IMG/VR virus record: IMGVR_UViG_3300030419_004277
Coordinates: 1 to 59,880 of that record
DNA: 59,880 nucleotides
Origin: a virus
Taxonomy: Duplodnaviria; Caudoviricetes
Reading direction: 5' to 3' (one strand)
A model generated the notes under the pieces. That model was not told the DNA's origin, made no database searches, and saw only the letters and a program-made list of their open reading frames with translations. Both the position numbers and the translations under genes were made by a program. Below are positions 26,172 through 36,811 of the stretch, in pieces. How positions within the stretch are numbered: position 1 is the first letter of the stretch; each line of letters begins with the position of its first letter.

Positions 26172-26493
26172 AGTTAAATTCTAATTGTTTTTCTTCCATT
26201 TCCTCTCTCAACACACAACTTAAATGGTCTGTGCCTGATAAATTTTCATATTCTATTTTATGTGTTGGTTTTTTACATACATCACAAGTCCAATACTCTT
26301 TGTAGTTTTTATCACCTATTTTCATTTCAGGTTTGTTATTCAAAACTTCATCATATTTTATTAAAAAACTACCAATGTCGTGATTTATTTTTTGTAATTC
26401 ATTTAAAGCTAGTTTTCTGCTGAAGTTTCTTTCATCATCATCAATTATTGTAGCCATTAAGTTACTAACATATAAACCTAATTTATCTTTCAT
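26146..26493 (-). CDS. hypothetical protein with CxxC...HxxC
   Basis: WTCDVC...DHLSC; GAGGT RBS. Confidence 0.65.
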   Translation of the reverse strand: MKDKLGLYVSNLMATIIDDDERNFSRKLALNELQKINHDIGSFLIKYDEVLNNKPEMKIGDKNYKEYWTCDVCKKPTHKIEYENLSGTDHLSCVLREEMEEKQLEFNFGDKNENK

Positions 26494-26521
26494 TATAACC
26501 TCTTATTACACTTATAAATAG

Positions 26522-27754
26522 TTAGTTAGTCTTACAAACAATCAAGTTTTTTTCGTAAGTCTTTAATGATTTTATGTAAAATTTAAAAATATCAAACTCC
26601 ATCTCTCCGATCTCACCACTATCTTTTAGCATTTCTGACAAATTCACTAAAACTTGAAAGTTTTCATTATTCAATTTGCTAGCATCAAATTCTACACAAA
26701 TATCATGTATATTAGATATTTTGTTGTTACCATACAATTTTATTCTTTCATTTAAATCAAAAGATGTGTTTGGTTGTTCTTCCTCTCTATACTCATTCAT
26801 ATAATCTGAACCAGCGTCTAGATATATAACATTACACCAAGGCTCTAATTCATACAACATCTGTTTATTACAATTGTAAGCAACGAAACCAATATCGTAT
26901 TTCGGTGGGACTATCGGTTTTAAGTAATCGTCATGTTTAACCATATGTCCCCACTTACGAATAAAATTTCGTGTTGACCTTAGATTCTGAGCTAACCACT
27001 CTGATGATTCTCTACCTTTCATGAAGACTTGACCTGCTGGGTTTCTCATAGCACCATCTTTGAATCTACTACCTCTACAAGTCATATGATAAACATAACC
27101 TTCCCAAGTTTGTATTGTCTCGTAACCAGCTAATTGAAACCTATTGAATATATCAGAGTCCTCTTTGGATTGTGGAGCATACAACTGGTCATGCCCACCT
27201 ATACTAGTAAAATCATCTTTGTATATTGCCCAAGGAGCAAAGATACCCTCAGTAGTTTTATCTTCTGGCATTCCTTCCCAAGTCTGATTTATAAAATTTA
27301 ATAATCCTTGTTCATCGAACTCCTCAGGCTCTATACCAAAGTCTTGTAATACCTTTTCAGGACCATCTGGATGTAGTGGTGGTTCTATTCGTGTTGCACT
27401 CACTACTTTACCTGGTTCTAAATGTTTCAACACTTCTTCATCTAATTTAGGACAGGCGTACATATCAGCGTGATATATCATCACGATGTCACTTGTAGCA
27501 TATTCATTGATTAGTGTATCGTAAAGTATCGTGTGACCTAATCTTGTAGGACCTTCATTACGATGTATCTTAACATTTCTATCTTTCTTTGCTACCTCGT
27601 TCATCCACTCCCAAGTCCCATCATTTGAGAAATCATCAGCCCAACATATTTCATGTCGATACCCTAAGTTTTTACGAATACTATTATACGACCATTTCAA
27701 ATACTTTAAATTATTTCTACTTGGTTGTATAAAACTTATTACTTTGTCACTCAT
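26522..27754 (-). CDS. glycosyltransferase family 2
   Basis: DDFSNDGT, HADM, EDSD. Confidence 0.88.
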   Translation of the reverse strand: MSDKVISFIQPSRNNLKYLKWSYNSIRKNLGYRHEICWADDFSNDGTWEWMNEVAKKDRNVKIHRNEGPTRLGHTILYDTLINEYATSDIVMIYHADMYACPKLDEEVLKHLEPGKVVSATRIEPPLHPDGPEKVLQDFGIEPEEFDEQGLLNFINQTWEGMPEDKTTEGIFAPWAIYKDDFTSIGGHDQLYAPQSKEDSDIFNRFQLAGYETIQTWEGYVYHMTCRGSRFKDGAMRNPAGQVFMKGRESSEWLAQNLRSTRNFIRKWGHMVKHDDYLKPIVPPKYDIGFVAYNCNKQMLYELEPWCNVIYLDAGSDYMNEYREEEQPNTSFDLNERIKLYGNNKISNIHDICVEFDASKLNNENFQVLVNLSEMLKDSGEIGEMEFDIFKFYIKSLKTYEKNLIVCKTN

Positions 27755-28631
27755 CTATTATTGCCCTTCCCTTTAAATTTTTCCAATCTTGTTCTGGTCT
27801 AACCTCTAAGTTTTTTTCCCAAACTCCATACAAAACGGTTGGCTCTATTCCAATAGTCTCTGCAAAATCAATCATGGCCTGTATATCTTTTGGAAAACAA
27901 CTACCACCAAATCCAAACTTACCATCGTGACCTGGCACACCCAAGTGTGAGTGTCCAATCCTACCGTCAGATACAAATCCACTTACAGCCGCATTCCAAT
28001 CAGCACCTATCTTTTCTGCTATCTGATACATCTCATTCATAAAAGATACTTTTGTAGCAAAAAAACAATTACTCATATATTTGATCATCTCAGCAGTTTC
28101 ATAACTTGTCTCTAAGATAGCCACACAATCACCAAACCTATCTTTTATTAAATTTTTAAAACTTTTAGATTGTTGTTTACTTAAATCAGAATCATCACTA
28201 CCAATAATAAAACGACTTTGATTTATAAAATCAAAATTAGCAGATCTTTCGGTTAAAAATTCAGGATTAAATAATAAATTTAGATTACTATATTTTTGTT
28301 GTAAAGACCAAGTAGTTCCTGGAACAACAGTAGACCTGATTAAAATAACACCTGAATGGCTTTGGGTTTGTTCAATTTGATTTATTTCAGACAACACATC
28401 GTCTAAAATGTCTATGTTAATTGAACCATCTTTGTTTGCTGGAGTTGGAACTGATAAGAAAATAAAATCCGATTTATTTATTGTTTCCTCTAAAGTGTGA
28501 GTAGAGCGGTTTGGGTTTTTGTCATAAACTCTTACCTCGGCATCACATCCCACATTTGGTGAAAATCCGTATTGAACTGCTCCACCTACAAATCCGTTAC
28601 CTACTACTCCTATTTTCTGTTTTAGTTTCAT
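27747..28631 (-). CDS. UDP-glucose/GDP-mannose dehydrogenase family (short form)
   Basis: GNGFVG, SVPTP, RSTVVPG, NPEFL, GFGGSCFPKD. Confidence 0.9.
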   Translation of the reverse strand: MKLKQKIGVVGNGFVGGAVQYGFSPNVGCDAEVRVYDKNPNRSTHTLEETINKSDFIFLSVPTPANKDGSINIDILDDVLSEINQIEQTQSHSGVILIRSTVVPGTTWSLQQKYSNLNLLFNPEFLTERSANFDFINQSRFIIGSDDSDLSKQQSKSFKNLIKDRFGDCVAILETSYETAEMIKYMSNCFFATKVSFMNEMYQIAEKIGADWNAAVSGFVSDGRIGHSHLGVPGHDGKFGFGGSCFPKDIQAMIDFAETIGIEPTVLYGVWEKNLEVRPEQDWKNLKGRAIIDE

Positions 28632-29297
28632 TTATACAACCTCATAATATCCACCTATACCAAACGGTATCTTAGTGTTAATTGTTAAGTGATTACTCTC
28701 TATGTATCTTGATTTGGGTATTACTCTAAAATCAAAACTAACTCTTGTTACTTTAGTAACATTTTGTTTATTCCCATGTGTTAATTTACTAGCATTCCAT
28801 TCTACACATTCACCATAATTAGCTCGCATCTCTTTAAAATCACCCCTATCTTCTTCTGTTTCTGCCCAAATCGTGTTAGTTCCATAAGCTTTGGTTAAAG
28901 GTACAAAATAGTTTAGTTCTTGTACCTTATTAGCCCACTCCTCATTACGATAGTGTTTGTCTTTATGAAACTCACCTACTGCTATATTTCCAGGTAAATG
29001 AACCCTAAATGTTGGTATCTTTTGGTAAACTATTTGCTCGTTAAATCTTGGTTTAATTACATCATTTAAAAAATCAACATATACCTCATCAAAACTACTA
29101 TCTTCTCTAATGTTTTTGTAAAAACATTTATGCCATATTGTTGATTGGTCATTTTTTCTCTCGAACAAATCATAAGTTCTTTTGATGTGTAAATTAGAAA
29201 TACCACCTGTTGGTAACATATCGTCATTCAAAAACCAACTCTCAACTATATTAAGAAACTGGTAAGTTGTTACATCATAATTTATTTTATCCACCAC
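28632..29297 (-). CDS. StrG-like Fe(II)/2OG dioxygenase
   Basis: YQKIPTFRVH, FHKD, HGN..N....TRVSFDFR. Confidence 0.75.
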   Translation of the reverse strand: MVDKINYDVTTYQFLNIVESWFLNDDMLPTGGISNLHIKRTYDLFERKNDQSTIWHKCFYKNIREDSSFDEVYVDFLNDVIKPRFNEQIVYQKIPTFRVHLPGNIAVGEFHKDKHYRNEEWANKVQELNYFVPLTKAYGTNTIWAETEEDRGDFKEMRANYGECVEWNASKLTHGNKQNVTKVTRVSFDFRVIPKSRYIESNHLTINTKIPFGIGGYYEVV

Positions 29298-30123
29298 GCA
29301 AATCTCTCTGTTTTTTCCACTCTACAACATCATTTGATATTTTACCATAGTTATCAAAAACTTCAAATGTGGACACACCCTTATAGTGAAAAATAAAAGA
29401 TGTTTTACAAACTCCTGGAAAATCATTGTTAGGAATTAACTTACTCCAATTAAATTCATCTTCATTCTTGGTCATATTGAAGTCAGGATTAAATAAAACA
29501 TCATTATCATGTTCATAATTAATTATATTTCTGTTCATCATAAAGAAAAAACCATTAAACATCTTCATTCTAGTTGTGTCTAGCATATACAGATTGTTAG
29601 ACTTTTTGATATTCTTTTTGACATCTAACATTCTATCTTGTATCTCTTGATAATAATTAGGATCGTTACAAGATGGTCCTATACCCTCATAATAATTTTC
29701 TACAGACTGAAATTGAGCATTAGAACCGGCACCATAGGTTGTAGATAATGGAACTATCAATGAATAAGGCCATTGATAAAATGATTCAAGTAGTTCATTT
29801 ATAGCTCCATTTGGAATTAATATATCATTATTAGCTATGATTAAATACTCATATTGGTCATCCATGCCATTTGAGTTACAAAACCAATGTCTCTTAAATC
29901 TCTGATACCCTAAATTCCAAGAGTGAGTTAAACCTTTACCCTCACTTTTTGTTATAACCTCATATCCATATTCACTACAAAGTTCAACAGTATTATCTGT
30001 ACTATAATCATCAACCACTAACACATCAAAGTTGTCGTCTAATTTTTTTAAAGAGTCAAAACACAACTTAGTATATTCAGATTGATTATAAGTTGTTATT
30101 ACTAATAATGTTTTACTCATCAC
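29287..30123 (-). CDS. glycosyltransferase family 2
   Basis: VITTYN, VVDDYSTDNT, NNDI. Confidence 0.88.
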   Translation of the reverse strand: MMSKTLLVITTYNQSEYTKLCFDSLKKLDDNFDVLVVDDYSTDNTVELCSEYGYEVITKSEGKGLTHSWNLGYQRFKRHWFCNSNGMDDQYEYLIIANNDILIPNGAINELLESFYQWPYSLIVPLSTTYGAGSNAQFQSVENYYEGIGPSCNDPNYYQEIQDRMLDVKKNIKKSNNLYMLDTTRMKMFNGFFFMMNRNIINYEHDNDVLFNPDFNMTKNEDEFNWSKLIPNNDFPGVCKTSFIFHYKGVSTFEVFDNYGKISNDVVEWKKQRDLRGG

Positions 30124-30781
30124 CTTCTCCTCGTAGAACTAATACTGCTAAGGACTCTTCCTCATCTATTTTTTTAAACCACTTTAATATACCGTGATAA
30201 TATGGTCGGTTATTGAAATCGTGAAATAAAAGAAAACCATTTTCTTTTATCAAGTCTTTAGCAACATAACCACACATAGCCCTCGCTCTACCATCGATTA
30301 AAATTGTATCATATTTTTTATAAGGCAACTCTAACGGTTTCCTTATATAATCCATATAACAATGCCAATCTTGTTTCCCTCTAGTTGTCCAATAAACTAA
30401 GTCACCATCTTCAGGTGTCGTATTATAAGGAACACCACCTAAATTTTTTATTGTGTAAAGTTCCTTAATGTTCACACCATCACCTTTTAGTATGTCAAAC
30501 GCATTATCATCTAACTCTTTATTAAATTTTTTAGAATGATATGGCACTAAATGAACCTCTGTATTATTATTTTTATGTGACAAGATAATATCATACCAAG
30601 ACTTGTTATCTTCAACAGACACAAATTTGTTAACCATATTAGAAAAATATAAAGTGCTTCCACCAGCACCCCATTCTAACATTAAATCTTTACCCTCTAG
30701 ATACTCCTCACATTTTAATATTTCCCAATCAGACATTGAAAAATCTATAGGCACATCTGATTTATTCATTTTCTGCTCCAT
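30113..30781 (-). CDS. class I SAM-dependent methyltransferase
   Basis: LEWGAGGST, LIDGRAR, FHDF. Confidence 0.85.
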   Translation of the reverse strand: MEQKMNKSDVPIDFSMSDWEILKCEEYLEGKDLMLEWGAGGSTLYFSNMVNKFVSVEDNKSWYDIILSHKNNNTEVHLVPYHSKKFNKELDDNAFDILKGDGVNIKELYTIKNLGGVPYNTTPEDGDLVYWTTRGKQDWHCYMDYIRKPLELPYKKYDTILIDGRARAMCGYVAKDLIKENGFLLFHDFNNRPYYHGILKWFKKIDEEESLAVLVLRGEGDE

Positions 30782-31653
30782 CTACCAGTACCACCTTGTT
30801 TTACACAAAAACGCTGTCCACAAAATGAGTTGTCATGTAGTTGACTAGTTTTTTTAGTGTTCGGATTATCTTCTATATACTTTTTTATTTTTTCCATCTC
30901 TTTCTCACTATAATATTCATATCCTCTTATATTGCTTTCTCTATCTCTATTAAAAACATCTCTACCTTCAGTTGAGGTTATGTCCTGTTTATTAGTTCTC
31001 CAAACATTATTATGTCTCACTTCCCAATCTAAAACGACTCTTGTGTTTTTCGGTAATATTTTACAAATCTCTTCATACCACCAATCATCTAATACATTAG
31101 GGCACAATCTATTATTAATAATAAACCATTTTTTTGGTAAACTTATAGGACCAACAGCTGGTTTTCTTTTACGATTTGCATCACGAAAGAAAAATATATA
31201 ATTTTGCCCACGACCTTCTCTTATCAATGTATCCCAACCTGAATATTTTTCGTTATGTAAAAGTTCAAAATCATCTGTCCAATGAAATAAATATTCACCT
31301 TTGGCAACATACATTGACTCATCGTTACATCTATTCAACAAAGAATAACCCCATCGTTTACCATATATAAATCGCATAGATACATTAAACTTTTTAGAAA
31401 AAGTATTTATAACTTTAAAACGAGAAGAACCCCACTTAAAAGCGTGATTAACTGTATCGGTAGATATTTTATCCACATTGTAGTATCTCATCACTTTTTT
31501 CATAGTTGAAATATCATCAACATCAAACCTGAATAAAAATTCGATATTAGATAAATTATCAGCATTATTTATGATAGAATCTATACCTTTGGTTAACATT
31601 TTGTATCTTTTTCTTGTCGGAGTAAAAACAGATATTTTCATTAAAAAGGCCAC
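30766..31653 (-). CDS. GT-A fold glycosyltransferase
   Basis: ISVFTPTRKR, FDVDD, WTDD. Confidence 0.75.
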   Translation of the reverse strand: MAFLMKISVFTPTRKRYKMLTKGIDSIINNADNLSNIEFLFRFDVDDISTMKKVMRYYNVDKISTDTVNHAFKWGSSRFKVINTFSKKFNVSMRFIYGKRWGYSLLNRCNDESMYVAKGEYLFHWTDDFELLHNEKYSGWDTLIREGRGQNYIFFFRDANRKRKPAVGPISLPKKWFIINNRLCPNVLDDWWYEEICKILPKNTRVVLDWEVRHNNVWRTNKQDITSTEGRDVFNRDRESNIRGYEYYSEKEMEKIKKYIEDNPNTKKTSQLHDNSFCGQRFCVKQGGTGRWSRK

Positions 31654-32552
31654 TCTATTCGGTTTGGATTATTAGTTCCCCTTATTGGTACTACAAATGA
31701 TTCTTCATCTTCTTGTGGTAGTCTGCCCCATTTTTGTATAAATCTCTCTGTTGCTCTTCTCTCCCACTCTATCAGATGTGGTGGTCTTTTATTATTATCT
31801 AACTCTCTTGTACCATTAGGAAACCTCGAAGTTCTTGATGTAAAATGCCAAATAACAGATTTACTTGTCATTATAAATTTATATCCTTCCATTTGCATTC
31901 TCATAAACAAATCTTTATCTTCCCAATACATTGGTTCAAATATCGGGTCATTACCACCAATGTAAATGTGATCTTCAACCCTACAGAAGTAACCAGCTCC
32001 ACCAGCTTTTCTGACATGAATATCATTATCATGTGTAAATTCAGCAGCCCAATCATCAAAATAATTCTGTTCAAAATTATCCTCGTGTTCACCAAATTTG
32101 TCAAATGGAACAAAAACTGTTCCAGGTCTATAAGGAGGATCGTTTGGAAATATGTTCGGTTGAACTCTGAATGAAGAAGCTATTAATCTCTCACCTGGTT
32201 TTATGTCATCATATAATTTTAATAGTTCAATATCTTGATTAGGACCTAACCAAAAATCTGAATGTAAGATATTAACAAACTCTGTCTTTACTTGACTAAC
32301 ACATAAATCAATACCACCACCGATACCTCGTTGTTCCTTATTGTCTGTTTCTATATAATATTGTAAACTAAGTTTGTCAGCATTTTCTGCTAACCATTCG
32401 TTTGTACCATCAGTACAATTTTCAGCAAATATAAAGATAGGCATATCATTATAATAACAATTTTGTCTAACAGATGTAACTGTTAATTTTAGAAATGGTA
32501 AGTTGTTGTAAGTTGGAATTACCGATGTAATTTTATGCATTGACCACCCCAC
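31641..32552 (-). CDS. glycosyltransferase family 2
   Basis: SVIPTYNN, CTDGT, HSDF, WEDKD. Confidence 0.85.
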   Translation of the reverse strand: MGWSMHKITSVIPTYNNLPFLKLTVTSVRQNCYYNDMPIFIFAENCTDGTNEWLAENADKLSLQYYIETDNKEQRGIGGGIDLCVSQVKTEFVNILHSDFWLGPNQDIELLKLYDDIKPGERLIASSFRVQPNIFPNDPPYRPGTVFVPFDKFGEHEDNFEQNYFDDWAAEFTHDNDIHVRKAGGAGYFCRVEDHIYIGGNDPIFEPMYWEDKDLFMRMQMEGYKFIMTSKSVIWHFTSRTSRFPNGTRELDNNKRPPHLIEWERRATERFIQKWGRLPQEDEESFVVPIRGTNNPNRIEWPF

Positions 32553-33573
32553 TCATGTCACAAAAAAAATTATACCAATACATACAAAAATTATGAGCTG
32601 AATATAATTCATCATAAACCTTTCGATTATTATCAATAATATACGATAATTTATTGGGATTGTCAAGCATTTTTAATACTATTTCATTTAAATTACTCCA
32701 ATCTAAATTTACTGGTATGTAAGTTTCATTTTCTATATATGGGTTGGGATGAGTATTAACTCTCTCCATAGTAGGTTTAATCATAACAACACCAAACTCT
32801 GGTATTTCAAAATCACGGTAACAGACTTCTCCTTGACCAAATGGTGAAAGAGCCATTTTAGATTGATACAAAGATTGAATATATTCTTGGTAAGGTAATT
32901 TATCTTTACGAAAAGTATAACCTGGATTGTCACCTATGACTTTCCAAGCTCCATGTCTGTGGTTCATATAATAAGAAGCATTCTCAGCATTATGATCACT
33001 ACTCGGCTTGTGGTCAGCAGAATATATAGCAGATAAATCAATGGTCTTATTTGGATTAACAGGATGCCATTTTTGAACCATAGGTCTGAATCCATTTGGT
33101 GCCATGTAACCTAAGTTCCAACCTGATAGTTTTATCCTATCCCAATTTTCTTTTGGTATGTCATACCCTAAGTCCAAACCAGAACCATTACCAAAGAACC
33201 ACTTATTGAATGATGTCTTTTCTTTGTAATCCTCTCTGTTTTTTAACAACTGATTTTTAAATAAAAACATGGCATTGGATTGTTCAAGAACCTCATATGA
33301 ACCCATTAAGGAAGTTGAATCAGAACCATCAAATATAAAACAATCACCACCACGAGCATACTTGTCGATGTTTTTCAATCCATACTCGATGCTCTCTTGT
33401 AGTCCAATTGACTTGTCAAGTATGTCATCAGCACCCAAGAAAGCATAATCAAAATCATCTGACTCAGTTAATTCAATACTGTAGTCTCTCAACATATCTC
33501 TCATAGCCACAAAACCTTGAAAAGATATTCTGTTTTTACCAGCTAAAGGATTAAATATTTTTATTTTAATCAT
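32533..33573 (-). CDS. GT-B fold glycosyltransferase (exostosin/Glyco_trans_1_2-like)
   Basis: SKMALSPFGQGEVCYRDFE. Confidence 0.75.
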   Translation of the reverse strand: MIKIKIFNPLAGKNRISFQGFVAMRDMLRDYSIELTESDDFDYAFLGADDILDKSIGLQESIEYGLKNIDKYARGGDCFIFDGSDSTSLMGSYEVLEQSNAMFLFKNQLLKNREDYKEKTSFNKWFFGNGSGLDLGYDIPKENWDRIKLSGWNLGYMAPNGFRPMVQKWHPVNPNKTIDLSAIYSADHKPSSDHNAENASYYMNHRHGAWKVIGDNPGYTFRKDKLPYQEYIQSLYQSKMALSPFGQGEVCYRDFEIPEFGVVMIKPTMERVNTHPNPYIENETYIPVNLDWSNLNEIVLKMLDNPNKLSYIIDNNRKVYDELYSAHNFCMYWYNFFCDMSGVVNA

Positions 33574-34532
33574 TTAAGTAATTCCAAATCGTTTTGTACC
33601 ATTTTAGAAACCATTTGTTCAAAAGATGTTCTTGGATACCAACCTAACATCTCACGAGCTTTTGTAGAATCTCCACAGAGAACAGCAACTTCTGCTGGTC
33701 GCATAAAACGAGGATCTTGCTTTACATATTTTTCCCAATCAGTAATATCAACTGAATTAAAAGCAGCACTTAAGAAATCTCGTATAGAATGTTCTACACC
33801 TGTAGCAATAACATAGTCATCTGGCGCGTCTTGTTGTAACATCATCCACATTGACTCCACATAATCAGGTGAATATCCCCAATCTCTTTTAGAATCCAAG
33901 TTACCTAGTGTTATATAATCCTCTAAACCAAGTTTTATTTTGGCGACACCATCTGTAATCTTTCTTGTTACAAATTCAATCCCTCGTCTTTCCGATTCGT
34001 GATTAAATAGAATACCACTAACATTAAACATATCATAAGACTCTCTATAATTTTTGGTAATCCAATGACCATATAATTTAGCAACACCATAAGGACTTCT
34101 TGGATAAAATGGTGTAGTTTCTTTTGCTGGATTCTCAATCATTCTACCGTACAATTCAGAGGTTGATGCTTGATAAAATCTCACATCTTTAAGTTTGGAC
34201 TCTCGTATTGCTTCTAACATTCTTAAAGCTCCAAGACCTGTAACATCACCTGTTTGCTCAGGTGTGTTCCAACTCTCACCTACAAATGACATAGCAGCGA
34301 GGTTATAAACCTCATGAGGATCAGATTTTACTAAACACCTAACCAGTGAATTTTGATCCGTTAAGTCACCATTCAAAAATGTTATCTTACCCTCTAAATG
34401 TTTGGTGTTGATTCTGTTAGGACTTGATGTTCGCCTTTCCATACCATACACTTCGTACCCCTTTTCTAAAAGAAAATCCGCAAGGTGACTTCCATCCATA
34501 CCGTTAATACCTGTAATTAATACTCTTTTCAT
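33570..34532 (-). CDS. gmd: GDP-mannose 4,6-dehydratase
   Basis: GINGMDGSHL, QASTSE, YPRSPYGVAK, FNHESERRG.EFVTRK, RDWG, RPAEV. Confidence 0.93.
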   Translation of the reverse strand: MKRVLITGINGMDGSHLADFLLEKGYEVYGMERRTSSPNRINTKHLEGKITFLNGDLTDQNSLVRCLVKSDPHEVYNLAAMSFVGESWNTPEQTGDVTGLGALRMLEAIRESKLKDVRFYQASTSELYGRMIENPAKETTPFYPRSPYGVAKLYGHWITKNYRESYDMFNVSGILFNHESERRGIEFVTRKITDGVAKIKLGLEDYITLGNLDSKRDWGYSPDYVESMWMMLQQDAPDDYVIATGVEHSIRDFLSAAFNSVDITDWEKYVKQDPRFMRPAEVAVLCGDSTKAREMLGWYPRTSFEQMVSKMVQNDLELLK

Positions 34533-35533
34533 TTTAACTCCAATATTTTTTTTAAATCATCATACTCTTTAAATTTACCTTGTTCTGTGACAAGAGTTTG
34601 TATATTTTGTTTTGACATACTTAAAAACTTTTGAAAATTATCATTTTTATCACCAATAAAAGAGTAAGGATTGTCTTCACCTTTGACATACATTCTCTTT
34701 TGAGGGTGTCTCCTAGCGTGAACATGCAACACATTTTTAACAACAAATTGAATAAACTTTTCTCCAAGTAATTTTTGTGACATTACCGATAAACCTTCAT
34801 CATCATTGTATAACAAACAAGGTGGTATGTTTACACCAGACTTAATTAAATCAGATGATAACACTAAACAAGCACCACTTATCTTCGGATATTTTATGTA
34901 AGAAAAGTCAAAGTCATCAGCCTTCGAGTTTATTTCATTCATTTTTTCTATAGACATCGGTGATTTAGCTTGATTTGGATTTAAGTGACCTTTGTCATCA
35001 TCTATAAATTTTAAATTAACATAATCATTATGAACTAAAGCATCCCAGCTAGCATCCCACATCTTTCTATCAGAAAAACTAAGTAAATATCTATGTATAT
35101 TTTGTTCATCTGTGTATTTTGCTAGGGCTTCTACCACTTGAAACGCCTCTTTTGGAAAAAAACTGTCTGTTTCCCCCCACATCACATAGTCCACTTTCTT
35201 ACAATAGTTATAATTTAAGTCTCTTCTATAATCCGCGTGAAAATAAAACTCGTCATTATCTTTTATTTTCGAATTAACCCAATAACCTAACTCTTCTAAC
35301 TTGGCAACACCTTTTTTAAACTTTATAACTATTTCATGCTTCTTAATTTTATCGGTATCAATTTTTTCAAAGTGTTGTAGTAAATTTAAACACAAATCAA
35401 TTGTCACATTCTCTTTGTTCTCTACGGTTTCTAATAGATTTAACATACCATCAATAAAGTCTGCATACATCTCAATTTCAAACCACATTACATGAGTTCC
35501 AATTACATATGTCTTGTCTAATTTAACTCCCAT
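34529..35533 (-). CDS. putative GT-A glycosyltransferase
   Basis: WGETDSF DxD-like motif; context in glycan island. Confidence 0.55.
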   Translation of the reverse strand: MGVKLDKTYVIGTHVMWFEIEMYADFIDGMLNLLETVENKENVTIDLCLNLLQHFEKIDTDKIKKHEIVIKFKKGVAKLEELGYWVNSKIKDNDEFYFHADYRRDLNYNYCKKVDYVMWGETDSFFPKEAFQVVEALAKYTDEQNIHRYLLSFSDRKMWDASWDALVHNDYVNLKFIDDDKGHLNPNQAKSPMSIEKMNEINSKADDFDFSYIKYPKISGACLVLSSDLIKSGVNIPPCLLYNDDEGLSVMSQKLLGEKFIQFVVKNVLHVHARRHPQKRMYVKGEDNPYSFIGDKNDNFQKFLSMSKQNIQTLVTEQGKFKEYDDLKKILELK

Positions 35534-36032
35534 AAATAACTCCTGTATATAGATCTATAGTTTCGTAGTCTCTACCAATATGTTCTGAAATATATTCCAT
35601 AACATCTGAATCTTGTGTTCTATGTATATCATCAAAAATCATAGGTACATCGGTGTTGAAGTTATCTATATGTTTATAAAAACCACCTCTACCCCATCTT
35701 CCACCTGGTCCGTCCACCAAAATTAAATCATACTCCTTCGGTAAGTTAGGGAACAAATCATCAGGATCATACCATCCTGTTTGGTTAAATATATTTTCTG
35801 GTGCTGGATAGTTTGAGTCATAATATCTTATCTTACAATTTATATATGTGGTATGATTTGGAAACTTATCCATCCATTCTGGTTGATTTTCAACTGAGTA
35901 CATTTTGTAACCAGCATCAGCTAACCAAGTCGTTCCCTCTCCACTACCAAACTCTAATATAGTGCCACCACTAGGTAACAATCTTTTAATTAAATTGACA
36001 CAATTTTCGTTTATTGATATTCCTTCGGCCAT
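35523..36032 (-). CDS. class I SAM-dependent methyltransferase
   Basis: LEFGSGEGT, LVDGP, FDD. Confidence 0.82.
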   Translation of the reverse strand: MAEGISINENCVNLIKRLLPSGGTILEFGSGEGTTWLADAGYKMYSVENQPEWMDKFPNHTTYINCKIRYYDSNYPAPENIFNQTGWYDPDDLFPNLPKEYDLILVDGPGGRWGRGGFYKHIDNFNTDVPMIFDDIHRTQDSDVMEYISEHIGRDYETIDLYTGVIYGS

Positions 36033-36811
36033 TATTTACCCTTCCATAGATGATTATAAGTTTTTTCCATCCAATGAAATGTCAATTTATCATCCACATT
36101 ATTTGGAATGCTATTATACTGATAAATCCATCCCCACTTAGTAAAAGTTAAATCTTCATCTAATAATTCTTTTCTGAACATATCACACATATTGTATTCA
36201 TATGGTAATCGTTTATAATTTATATCTAAAATATGTGTCAAAAAATTAACAGGTGTTTGATCTGTTCCAGCGTGCCATTGACTTTCGACCTTCAGTAAAT
36301 TATCTCTGTTATCATGAAAAAAATTTATTATTTTTTGAAAAAATTCCTTATGTTCTTTATTGAATATCAACATACCTGAATCAAAATAATCTGTCCAAGG
36401 TATCATATAACCATCAAAAAAATATTTACTGTAATTTTCTATACTTCGCAAAATCCAATCATAACTACCTTCATTGTGAACAAAACAGAACTTTCTTTCG
36501 CTCATTTCAAATACATTAGGACAATTAGGATGTGGGATAGTATCAGCGTCCACATACATAACTTGGTCGTAATTTATATTATTTGCCTCTAATAAATCAA
36601 ATACATAATATCTTTGCCAAGACACTGGCATTGTGTCATGAGGTAAGACTTCTTCATTTAAGACAAACAACTCACAATCATTTTTATCACACCATTTCTT
36701 CCAAGACTTAGTGCAAAACACATATGGATCACTACGAGTTTCAGCCCATCTGCCAACATCTCTTTGTGAGCCTTTTAGTGTTATGTCTACTATAAAAACT
36801 ACATTTTTCAT
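36032..36811 (-). CDS. GT8-like glycosyltransferase
   Basis: YVDADT, FDSG, DQTPVN. Confidence 0.8.
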   Translation of the reverse strand: MKNVVFIVDITLKGSQRDVGRWAETRSDPYVFCTKSWKKWCDKNDCELFVLNEEVLPHDTMPVSWQRYYVFDLLEANNINYDQVMYVDADTIPHPNCPNVFEMSERKFCFVHNEGSYDWILRSIENYSKYFFDGYMIPWTDYFDSGMLIFNKEHKEFFQKIINFFHDNRDNLLKVESQWHAGTDQTPVNFLTHILDINYKRLPYEYNMCDMFRKELLDEDLTFTKWGWIYQYNSIPNNVDDKLTFHWMEKTYNHLWKGK

